A stretch of 64,000 bases of DNA, taken from positions 54,870,001 to 54,934,000 of the forward strand of contig CM069134.1 in NCBI GenBank assembly GCA_035221665.1, in the 5' to 3' direction. Of this stretch, positions 35,062 through 46,290 are shown piece after piece; positions within the stretch are counted from its first letter, which is position 1; each line of letters begins with the position of its first letter. A program made the position numbers and the translations under genes. The notes under the pieces were generated by a model that worked only from the letters and a program-made list of their open reading frames with translations, made no database searches and was not told the DNA's origin. The DNA comes from Okamejei kenojei (lineage: Eukaryota).

Positions 35062-35810
35062 TATTTAGTTTTTAGTAGAGATACAGCACAGAAACACGCA
35101 CTTCGGCCCACAGAGTCCACGTTGACCAAACCACCCCGACACATCAACACTATCCTACACACAATAGGGACAATTACATGTAAATCAAATGAATTAGCCT
35201 ACAAACCTATGATACAATACGATACAATAGAACTTTATTTATACCAGGAGGTAAATTAATTTGCCATCAGTCATAAAAACACAAAATACATGAAACATGA
35301 AAATAAAGTGACGAGTGGTTATGCTTTGGGGATGTGCAAAGATTGAGGAGGTGGGGGGGGAGGGGTGGGAGGGGTGGGGGGGTGGTCAGTCTCTGTCTCA
35401 GTCTATCCCACGACAGAAGGAGGAGGAGTTGTGCAGTTTGAAGGCTGCAGGGAAGAAGGGTCTCCTGTGGCGTTCTGTCCTGCATCTTGGTGGAACCAGT
35501 CTGTTGTTGAAGCTACTCCTCAGGCTGACCAGTGTGTCATGGAGGGAGTGAGCTGTATTGTCCAGGATGCTCTGCAGTTTGAGGAGCATCCTCTCCTCCA
35601 AGACCACCTCCCAAGAATCCAACAAACCAAATCCAGCCTCCAAACCTGTATGGCTTTGCAGTGTAGGAGAAACCGGAGATCCCAGAGAAAGCCCATGCAT
35701 GTCAAGGGGAGAACGTACAAATTATGTACATACAAGCACCCAAAGTCAGGATTGAACCTGGGTCTCTGGCACTGTAGGGTAGCAAAGCTACACCTGCGCC
35801 ACCGTGCTGC
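35062..35810 (-). mobile_element. V-SINE split by a Rex1 insertion
   Basis: SINE tail at 35062-35208 and head at 35635-35810. Confidence 0.75.
35209..35634 (-). mobile_element. Rex1/Babar LINE 3' fragment
   Basis: LDSWEVVLEERML.KL.SILDN..H.LHD.L...RS.F..RL..PRCRTER.RR.F.P.A.KL.N is the Rex1 C-terminus; (gtatc/gtatt)n tail; duplication agcctMcaaacct at 35196-35208 and 35635-35647. Confidence 0.87.
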
Positions 35811-36942
35811 CGATTATTTTGATACTGAACTGAGCTAATTTCCTTGAATTGACTAAGAATGAAAGAAAGGCCGGTTAAGCTTTGAACTCCCTATAGAATT
35901 TCAGCCCAGCTTCCTTCTCCAGAAAGCATTTGGGGCCAAGGGATCAGTGCAGTGCCTACAGAGACGGGAAAGCATAAAAGAGGCCATGAGTACATTTTCA
36001 TCCCTACACAGTCTGGTGGCTTACTGTCAGCGTGGATTAACCAGCCTTCAGATAAACCAATGATATTTTTTTCATTTCTAAACAAGAATCTGATCCCCGA
36101 CCACAGATGTTTAAATGGCCATATATTTCACCAAGTGGAGTAAATAAGATTTGCATAATGTTTAGAACCCTCATTGTTTCACCCCAGGATATAGTTTTGT
36201 CAACCACCAATCTTTGTTTCAATGTTTAAGTGACTGCATGTTTGCATGTGGCTTCTGGCCACATGAATTAGATCAATCAGCAGTGCACCACTGTATTGAG
36301 AAAGGTGATGGATGATGTTTTTGGCAGGAATCAGGTTTCATTGTCTTTCCCATGGCAGAATGATTGAACAATCATTCAAATAGAAGGTCCACTTGTGTAA
36401 CGTTCGACTGATGTGACAGGTATTCTAGTGTCTGGCCAGTCACTTACATTGATTGAGAGTTACCTCCTCAGCTGCCAAATATGTTCTGATGCCACAGTGT
36501 TGTGTGCACGTGAAGAAAACCAGCAACAAGCAGAAGGATATGAGGTCTCTCCTGTTGACTTTTCACAGAATTAAGAATGATAAAGTATGGCGCAGAAGAT
36601 AGACGCAAAATGATAGAGTAACACAGCAGGACAGGCAGCATCTCTGGATAGAGGGAGTGGGTGACATTTCTGGTTGAGACCCTTCTTATATCAAAGCCCT
36701 GGCAAAATGGCTTTGGTTACCTGCTTTCTGAAGTGCAGACCATAGTAATGTTTTCTGTTGCAAACTGCAGCAAACCAGAGGCAGGAAATTCTGTGTTACA
36801 TAGTCTACTGAAGTGACAAGTCCCCACTGTAGCAGGCTGCAGCCATGTACAGCAGTTCTTCGACAAACTCACTGAGGTGAACTACAGGATCCAGTGGAGG
36901 CTTGGGTGAGGGACCAAGCTACGACAGAAGGGGTAATCCATG

Positions 36943-37362
36943 TTTACTAAAGAAAGAGGACATCTCGGATGTCCTGGAGTCGAAAGCCTCATCTCGAGAG
37001 TAGATGCAGCAGAGAAGGAGAAACTGGGAAGGGGGGGGCTTCATTCCAAGAGGCAGTGGGAGGAGGTGCAGACCAGGTAACTGTGGGAGTCAGTGGGTTT
37101 ATATTAGAACCCACCTCCTCCCAGATGGAACATATGGAACCTTTCTCTCCCTCTGTCCCCAAACAAAACAAGGATAGAATTCCCCTGGTCTCATTTCAGT
37201 CTAGAGATAGACACAAAAAGCTGGAGTAACTCAGGTCTGAAGAAGAACTCTCGACCTGAAACGTCACCTATTCTTTTCTCTAGAGTTGTTGCCTAACCCG
37301 CTGAGTTTCTCCAGCTTTTTGAATCTGTCTTTGGTGTGAACCAGCATCGGCTGTTCCTTCCT
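36943..37362. mobile_element. Rearranged Penelope fragments (RT thumb region plus foldback pLTRs)
   Basis: Minus strand YKPTDSHSYL..TSSH motif at 36943-37107, an inverted piece at 37108-37195, and pLTR arms at 37205-37362. Confidence 0.7.
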
Positions 37363-38167
37363 ACTCAATTCAGCCTGGTTCAGGCTTATTGAAGAGCAAC
37401 AGATCTCAACAGAACACGCTGAACCTGATAGTGTTAGCATGCGGAGATCACTGGTCGGCGAGGACCCGATGGGACGAAGGGCCTGTTTCTGCATTGTATC
37501 TCTAAACTAAACTAAACTAAACTACATTTTTTTTAAATCAACTAATGCATATAATTAACAACTAAAAAAGCATAACTTCCCTCCTAATCAGCAGGTCTTG
37601 AATCTCCTTTGAAATCCGTACTGTTTTAGATTCCGTGTCAGAGGGGTCTCAAGGACCTGTCAGTACATCCTAGTCTTGCTGTGTGTACATGAGTATGGGA
37701 TTTGTTTCTGCTTGAATGTCTGAATGTCAATGGTTCCCTTTGGATCCACTAGATTCAACAACATTAAATACCAGCAAGAATGCTGATCCATAATTTTCCT
37801 CACTGAAATGGAAACATTTTTGTACTGGTTCCAATTTCTTTCCCCTGGGAAAAGAAACTCAAAGCTTCCAAGCTAAACCAAGGAAACACGATTTTTTTTA
37901 TCCACGGAACCAGCCCTGGCTGGAGAAGGAAGGTGCGGGGGTGGAGTGGGAGGGTGGAGACGGGTGGATTTTTATACTTGGCAATATATTTTACAGGATT
38001 ATGTGTGAACAGATTGGACTGTAACAGTGCTCATGTTAAACACAAATTAAATGAATCAGAACAGGAAGTTTGCAAAGGAACTTCGGAATATGGTCTCATC
38101 AAGTACTTTACAAAAGTAAAGCATATTAAACCACATACCATGGGATTTACAGGTCCTATTTTGAATC

Positions 38168-38596
38168 GCTTCTCTGTGGATTGTCACCTTGTCGTGGTGG
38201 AGAAGCTTGTGAGGACCTGAGATCCTGAGAGCGATGCCGTCTGGAGCTATGCTCCTGGTAGGGCCACCCATGGCGGTAAGGTCGAGGGGGAGGTCTCTGA
38301 CAAAGAGCAATCCAACCAAGACATCAACAGTGGAACAGGCGGAGGGCGAAGGCTGACCTTAGTAGAGCGTCACAATGACTGGGAAGGCGGATGAAGGCTG
38401 CAGCAGAAAAGAGTCTCGGTCATCTTGGACTCCATGCCACTGGATCCTGACCCAGATCTGTCAAGGACTATGGGGTGGCTGTCTGCGCATCAGTCTCCCC
38501 ACGTGAAATAAAATCACACACAGGTGTCCTCCATATAGGGAATAGCACCCTGGAGACACCCATGGTCAGCCACGACCGAAGGGGGCCTAAGAAGAA
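38168..38596 (+). mobile_element. RTE-derived bipartite non-autonomous retroposon (RTE 5' UTR plus 3' tail)
   Basis: ccttgtcgtgg...gcttg...agggccaccca is an RTE/BovB-type 5' UTR signature (from memory); taagaagaa tail; 10-bp TSD attttgaatc at 38158-38167 and 38597-38606; no ORF. Confidence 0.78.
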
Positions 38597-38934
38597 ATTT
38601 TGAATCATTAACACAGATCAGTGAAGGAAATGTTGTGAAAACCATTCAAAATTCAAATAATCAATTCAGCAGAAAATGCTGAAAACATTTAGCAAATCAG
38701 GCAGTATCTGCGGAAAGAGAGTCAACATTTCATTTTACAAACCCTTTGTCAGACCCAAATGTTAACGTAATTTTTGCATCACAGAAGTGGCCTGACTATA
38801 CTACTGTTTTTTAATTTCAGACTGCAGCATTTTACAGATTTTTCATTTTTTAAAGTTAATTATTTTGATCCTACAGTGTGCAGAATATTACATTCTGTAA
38901 CCATCAATGTTGGAGAGTGCTGAAGCTGTTTAAT

Positions 38935-39260
38935 GGGCCTGCCCCACTTACGCAACTTTTTCGTTGACTTCCGGCACCTCTCATAGGTCGTTGCAGGTCG
39001 GTGAAAACTTTCAACATGTTGAAAATTCAACGGTGACCAGAAAGATGCTACAACTCTTTGGGTGCCTGAGGAGACTACTCAGGCATGCAGGCGACATCCT
39101 GGCGATATGTCGCGGGGTGAAGCCTGTATGGTCGTGAATAGTTGCCCAAAGAGTCGTAGCTGGTTCTGGCTGCCACTGGATTTTCAACGTTGAAAATTTT
39201 CGGCGACCTGTAACGACCTATGACGGGTCCCGACAGTCGTCGAAAAAGTCGCGTAAGTGG
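38935..39260. mobile_element. Harbinger-type MITE with the right TIR clipped
   Basis: gggcctgccccacttacgcaac ... gtcgcgtaagtgg. Confidence 0.7.
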
Positions 39261-39261
39261 C

Positions 39262-39690
39262 GGTGATGGGAGAGAGGAGGGGAGGGGAGGGGTGGGCAAA
39301 TGCAAGAATTTGTTGAAATTGAGATAAATCAGCATTCATACCGTTGGGTTGTAAGCTGCCCCAGAGAAATATGAGATGCTGTTCCTCCAATTGGCATGTG
39401 GCCTCACTCTAACAGTGGAGGAGGCCAAGGCCAGAAAGGTCAGTGTGGGAATGGGGAGATCAAATGTTTGGCAACCGGGAGATTACATAGGCCAAGGTGG
39501 ACTGAGAATAAGTGTTCAGCGAAACGATCGCCAAGCCTACGCTTGGTCTCGCTGATATATATGCACCGGGAACACCAGATACAGTAGATGAGGTTGGAGG
39601 AGGTGCAAGTATACCTCTGCCTCAATTAAAAGAACTGTTGGGGAACCTGGGTGGAGTTGAGGGAGAGGGTACAAGGACAGGTGTTGCATA
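39262..39690 (-). mobile_element. Penelope GIY-YIG fragment
   Basis: RQRYTCTSSNLIYCIWCSRCIYISETKRRLGDRFAEH; EEQHLIF..GSLQPNGMN. Confidence 0.9.
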
Positions 39691-40226
39691 ACCAGCAAGT
39701 CGGGAAATGCCAGCATCTGCAGTTCTTTCCTATACCAATATTTGCATGTTCTTCTTTAAGCCACGACCCATCCAAATCTGAAGGAAGGAGATAAAATATC
39801 AACTATACTTCTGGAAACTTACTCACCTGCTACTGTTTGATTAAGATCAGACCGTGTCTGACTGTCATGACACTTAAATCACACTTTGACATTCCCTGCT
39901 TCACAAATTTGGAATGGCTACTTGGTGGAATATCAGAAGATTGGTCAAGCGTTCTGGAAACATAGTCTGACATCTTTAGCAGAGAAGAAAAGTTAAATTG
40001 TCTGCTGACTTATTCCCCTCCCCTCAAACTCTATGTAGCACAAAGTGGAAAAAGGACACCTGCTCTTCATTCCCTGCAACTTGCTCCTGTATGCCTTCAC
40101 CTCCCAGATCCAAAATCTTGGCTTTCTAATGCACATGGATGATAAAAATGACTTGGACAAGAGACAAACAGTCAAGATGAGTAAAATAGTATTTTGGAAC
40201 ACTGAAAAAAAAAATTAAATTAAATC

Positions 40227-40448
40227 AGCTGGAGTAATCAGCAGATCGGGCAACAACTCTGGAGAAAAGGAATAGGTGACGTTTCGGGTCGAGAGCCTTC
40301 TTCAGTCTGATGATGAAATGAAGAAGGGTCTTGACCTGAAAAGTCACCTTTCCCTTTTCTTCAAAGTTGCTGCCAGACCCGCTGAGTTACTCCAGCTTTT
40401 TTTGTGTCTATTTACGATGTAAACCAGCATCTGCAATTTCTTCCTACG
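40227..40448. mobile_element. Penelope inverted pLTR pair
   Basis: Hammerhead-like motif on both strands (40278-40305 minus, about 40319-40345 plus). Confidence 0.8.
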
Positions 40449-41883
40449 CAATTAAATCAATATCACCTTTGAATGAATGAATGAAAATCTGGTGAGGAAG
40501 TGCTGGCAATTCAGGATTATAGTTTAATTGAATATAATTTTAATTTATTTCTCTTTAACCCCAAGCTTTTTTTAAGCTGCACATAAGAGACTCTAAATTG
40601 ACCTTAAGAACTTCCCTCCTAATTTTGCATTAGTGCAAATTCGGAGACACTGTATCCAATAATAATCAGTGGGCCAGTGAGTGTAAGGAGTGCAATAAAA
40701 ATTGCTGCCCCCGACTTTAGCTCTCTGTTTCCCCAATACTTTGGTTATTATTTCCATTATGATCCATGGGCCAGGGTCGAGACCATTATGAAGCAAGCAG
40801 GATTGTTTTACTTTAGCACCACATGACACTTCAGTTCCTTCCGTCATGTTCAGGGCTGGGAAACAGGTGACATTTGGAAGCTTGCCATCAAGAATGAGTG
40901 CAGCCCCCCCCCCCCATCCCCCCCTCCTCAGCTGCAACCAAGTATTTCACATTTGGTATTACAGCTGTTTCCTCCACAGAGTCCAGGATCATTCTGAATT
41001 ACTGTCGGCCTACGTCCCACAGCAAGTGCCTCGAACCTTTACAGAGTTTTTGTTTTCCCCTCCTTCGGTAAAAGTCTTACCCCCCAATGTAATAATTGAA
41101 TTGTTTACTTGAGACAAAACCTTCCTGCCAGCTCTCCTCAGGTTTTACTCACCAAAATCTTAGATTTCAAGGCCTGATGATTAGTCTTAAAGCAAAGGAG
41201 AATTTTGGGTTCCCAAACCCTGCTGCTCCCTTGTCAGGTCCGATAGAAGTTCCTTCCTGCCCTCTCATGACTTCCTGACTGGGGCCTGCCTTATCACTGC
41301 AAAAAAATGTAATGGGCTTGTATGGCAGAACTTTGTTTCAGCTCCATAAATGGTCATTTTGGCTGTGTAAGGTGAAGCAGAATCATTAAAATAATTGTCC
41401 CCACTTTGAGGTTGAGGTGACACAACTCAGTTAAACTGTTTTCTCTAATTCAGTATGAAATCTCAGCGGAAGTAAATATTGGAATGTGTCACAATGTTTT
41501 GTGTTTGTTAATATTCCAAGCACATTGTGTTTATTTTTGTCTTGTAACATTGTTGCCAGAGTATAGTCTGTCTGTTCCTGATAGTGGCTGTGTTTGTGTT
41601 AGGGCACGGGTCAATCTGATAACAGCTTGTAGCCTGGGTACAATAAGAAATGTTTAAAATGGGACTGGTGCACAACTGCTAACCTTCTGTCAAAAAAAAA
41701 ATCACCACACAATCAACAAACAAACATCCACAGTTTAAAGGTTAAATTGTAAAATTGAATATTAATGATCTTGGTGTTTTTAACATTTATGGGAACACTG
41801 TAATGAATTTGATAAATTAAACAAAAAGTGGGACTACTAATCCAGGTAAATCACTGCAAAATCCACAATGGTAGTTCAAGATT

Positions 41884-43055
41884 AAGGTGGCACATTGGTG
41901 CAGTGGTGAAGGTGCTGCCTTACAGTGCCAGACACCTGAGTTCGATCCTGATTATGGGTGCTGTCTGTATGGAGATTGCACATTCTCCCTATAACTGTGT
42001 GGGTTTCCTCTGGGTGGTCTGGTTGCCTCCCACACTCCAAAGATGTACAGGTTTGTAGGTTAATTGGCTTTGAAAGTAAAATTGTCACATATTCCAAAGA
42101 TGTGCAGCATATTTTAATTGGCTTCTGTAAACTGTCCCTAGTGTGTAGGATAGAACTAGTATGGCGATCATTGGTTGGCGTGGATTCGGGTCGAAGGGCC
42201 TATGTTCAGGCTGTATCTCTAAACTAAACTAAAGAAAGGTTTTTAATTCCGTTTTTAAATTTCTGAAAGTAAAATAAAAGCTGTTCTCTGCTAAGATGAC
42301 CATTAAACTGCCAGACAGTGGTAAAGACCCAAATAATGGTCTTTATCAGAAAGTCATAAGATCATAAGTGATAGGAGTAGAATTAGGCCATTCTGCCCAT
42401 CAAGTCTACTCCGCCATTCAATCATGACTGATCTATCTGTCCCTCCTAACCCCATTCTCCTGCCTTCGCCCCATAACACCGGTATTAATCAAGAATCAAT
42501 TATATAAAAAAAAAGAAATGTACACTTCCCCCTCTGACCCACACAATGTGTGACTTCAAAGAAAGACACAAAATGCTGGAGTAACTCAGCAGGTCAGGCA
42601 GCATTTCTGGAGAAAAGGAATAGGTGATGTTTCGGCTTGAAACCTATGTGCGACTCCAGTCGCACAGAACCACGTGGGTTTCCTCTGGGTGCTTGGGTTT
42701 CCTCCCACACTTGGCACGGTGGCGCAACGGTAGTGTTTCTGCCTTTCAGCGCCTGCAGGACCAAAGACCCGGGCTTGATCCCGACTACGTGTGCCGCCTG
42801 TATAGAGTTTGTACATTCTCCCCATGACTCCATGGGTTTTCTCCGAGATCTTCGGTTTTCTCCTACACTGTAAAGACGTACAGGTATGTAGGTAAATTGA
42901 CTTGCGTAAATGTAAAATTAAATTGTCCCGAGTGTGTGTAGGTTAGTGTTAATATGCGGGGATCGCTGGTTGGCGCGGACTTGGTGGGCTGAAGGGCCTG
43001 TAACCATGCAGTATCTCTAAACTAAACTAAACTAAACTAAACTAAACTAAACTAA
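41884..43055. mobile_element. Cluster: V-SINEs (41884-42232 +, 42712-43055 +), CR1 3' end (42353-42500 -), pLTR (42563-42635 -)
   Basis: Homology to other copies in the window; (taaac)n tail at 43017-43055. Confidence 0.8.
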
Positions 43056-43576
43056 AATGTTGTTCATGCTAAAATGCCCTCTCAAATATCCAACACACTA
43101 AATAATTATGTGCATTTGTTGTTGAGAAATCAATGGCAATGATACCAACATCTTGAGAAAGAGTATAAAATTAGCACCAGAGCACCTTTAAATAAGCTAC
43201 TAAACTTTACGGATAAAACTCCTATTGTTTTGGAGAAACAATATCATTGCTTGAATTTTAATGTGCACCTTGGTGCCCATCAATGAAGCTGCATGAAACT
43301 GAGCAGTTTTTGTTATCAACCCTTTGTTCACAATGAATATGAATTGTGCTGTTGGGGTCCCTTACAATAAGTTCTAAGTGTGAAGGCCAGGTCTGTTCTA
43401 TGGCAGGATTGGTGACATAATCAGAGGTATTCCAATTCAGACCTCTGCGAAGGGTGGGGACAAATTGCAGTGAAAACAACATACATACCATCCCTGAGTG
43501 ACGGATGGCTTCAGTTTTTACAGATAGATGATTTTATCCGTAAGTCAGAATATACATATACAAAAATCATTTGATA

Positions 43577-44447
43577 TTATAGACATTAGAAATAGACAAT
43601 AGGTGCAGGAGTAGGCCATTCAGTCCTTCGAGCCAGCACCACCATTCAATGTGATCAAGGCTGATCATCCACAATCAGTACCCCGCTCCTGCCTTCTCCT
43701 CATATCCCCTGACTCCACTATCTTCAAGTGCCCTATCTAGCTCTCTGTTGAAAGTATCCAGAGCACCGGCCTCCACTGCCCTCTGAGGCAGAAAATTCCA
43801 CAGACTCACAACTCTCTGTGTGAAAAGGTGTTTCCTCATCTCTGTTCTAAATGGCTTACCCCTTATTCTTAAACTATGGCCCCTGGTTCTGGACTCACCC
43901 AACATCTGGAACATGTTTCCTGCCTCTAGCGTGTCCAAACCCTAAATCTTATATGTTTCAATAAGATCCCCTTTCATCCTTCTAAATTCCAGTATACAAG
44001 CCCAGCTGCTCCATTCTCTCAGCATATGACAATCCCGCCACCCCGGGAATTAATCTTGTAAACCTAGGCTGCACTCCCCCAATAGCAAGAATGTCCTTCC
44101 TCAAATTAGGGCACCAAAACTGCATACAATACTCCAGGTGTCTCGCTAGGGCTCAGTACAACTGGACCTCTTTGCTCCTATATTTAATTCCTCTTGTTAT
44201 AAAGGCCAACATGCCATTCGCTTTCTTCACTACCTACTGTACCTGCATGCTTACTTTCATAGACTGATGAACAAGGACCCCCCAGATCCCATTGTACTTC
44301 CCCTTTTCCCAGCTTGATGTCATTTAGATCTGCCTTCTGCCTTCCTGTTTTTGCTACCAAAGTGGATAACCTCACATTTATCCGCATTGAACTTCATCTG
44401 CCATGCATCTGCCCACTCCCCCAACCTGTCCAAGTCACCCTGCATCA
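43577..44447 (-). mobile_element. CR1 LINE 3' part (end of RT to tail)
   Basis: QGDLDRLGEWADAWQMKFNADKCEVIHFG; SRTRGHSLRI...FTQRVVSLWNFLPQRAVEA. Confidence 0.92.
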
Positions 44448-44895
44448 GTCTGTATACATTTGACATGGTGGACAATACTAAGGACCTCCAATAACATAGC
44501 ACTGCATCAGCAGTGGGCAGCTGCATATGTCTGGTTCTGTTATCCATTCAGCTGTAACCAGGAAATAACTGCAATAGGTTCTCTTCCTGCACCCACACAG
44601 TTACATCGACACTTGAGCTCTCATGATTATCAACTATGCCTTGTTGAGTTAGTTAGGGGCAAGGTGAAGTGTTCTTGCTGAGGTAGAATTAGAGGGAGGC
44701 ATTACACAAAATAAATTGTTGGAAATGCTCTGCAGGCAAATAAGTCAATTTCAGTATTTGTGCAAAATTTGCCTAGAAATTGAATCACATACATTTGTTA
44801 TTTTCCATGCCATGTGATCCATTTGATGTAATCAGGAGTATGATTCTATTTGAAATTGCATGATTAAAACAGGCATTTTCAATCAAATAAGTCCA

Positions 44896-45090
44896 GGAAG
44901 GAACTGCAGATGCTGGTTTATACCAAAGGTAGACACAAAATGCTGGAGTAACTCAATGGGTCAGGCAGCTTTTCTGGAGAAAAAGAATAGGTGCCAATTG
45001 AGTCTGAGGAAGGGTTCCGTTCCAAGAGTCACCTAGTCCTTTTCCCCAGAAATTCTGCTTGACCCGCTGAGTTACTCCTGCATTTGTGTC
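44896..45090. mobile_element. Penelope inverted pLTR pair
   Basis: gacacaaaatgctggagtaactca ... gctgagttactcctgcatttgtgtc. Confidence 0.8.
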
Positions 45091-45234
45091 CATTTTCAAT
45101 TAAGATGCTGGCTACTGCAATGGATGTGTTTTGATGCAAACCTATTAATGTCAATGTCCGTGCAACATGAACTGGAATTCCCAGGTTCAAAAGCCAACCA
45201 TCATTAAACAGTCACTAAATAAAATCATGGAGCA

Positions 45235-46290
45235 TGTAATGTATTCATACATATTCATATATATGTTAATGAGTTGGTATTCAATATAAGCAGGGAATGT
45301 TGGGTAATACATCTCTCTCTCGTGATCCAGGCAACCTGCGTGTAAGTTGTTATTCATTCTGCCGTCCGGAATATAACAAAATTGGCGACGAGGATGGGAT
45401 AGAGTTTGTGAACTCATCCTTTGAATACAGTGCAGGACTGTTTTGCAACATGCAGTATTGTTTAACATTTTAAACAGTAAATACAGAGTTGTGTTGCAGT
45501 TGTTTGCGGCTGCAGATAGGCTGCAGATCCTTCTATGTAGGGGACTGTAGTATAAAACAACAGCTAGACAAATCGTTGAGAGTTTGTCAGGCTATCTCTA
45601 TGTTGTGTCTACGTGACAAGATGTCGTCCTTGGTATTGTATAACATTTTAGACTGAGTTTTGTTCGTCAAGTTCCTTAAGCCGAATAGCCTTTGTACAGC
45701 TAAGTTTTAGGTGAATTGTTACACAGAACAGGCAGGAAATCAGGGTTTTTGAACGGACTTAAAAAAAAAAAGAGAACGACACGATGGCGGTGTCCACGGG
45801 CTGCATCGGAAACCTTGGCACTTTTGACAAGAGTAGAGAGCCGTTCAGCTCCTATATGGAGAGACAGAACATGTTTTTCATGGCGAACAACATAATGGAG
45901 ATTAGTGGTGAAGGAGAGATAGTGACTGAAACAATTAAGGCCGTTTGCGAATGCATGAAAGCGATTCTGCTCACGGAGATCAGTCCTGAAGTGTACGGCA
46001 CACTCGTGAATCCCCTAGCGCCCTTAAAGGCAAAATACGTGCCATTCAATGACATTATAAATAAGTTGGAGGAGCACTTCAACCCAAAGCCTCTAGAAAT
46101 TGCAGAAAGCTGAAAATTTGGCACTAGAAACTAGAAGCAGAATGAGACAGTTGGAGATAGGATCAAAAGTGTTCATGTTGATCAAATGATTCCAGCCAAA
46201 GATGAACCAAAAACTGAACATGAAGATCTAATCCCTGAGTTTTTATCTGAAAGTGAGTTGGAAGAGACCACTGTGATTGAAACAACCATG
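45235..46290 (+). mobile_element. Gypsy (Mag-clade-like) LTR retrotransposon remnant: LTR end, PBS, gag
   Basis: LTR ends ...ataaCA at 45378 (start uncertain). PBS tggcgacgaggatgggat (45383-45400) is complementary to the tRNA-Ser(GCT) 3' end. gag at 45784-46150: G.L..FD...E...Y.ER...FF.AN...HFNPK...IAE. Confidence 0.82.

Noticed and set aside
36770-36910. Exon-like stretch (QQFFDKLTEVNYRIQWRL, followed by GGTGAG)
   Set aside because: Short, with stops upstream and no identifiable homology; it could be a decayed retroelement piece.
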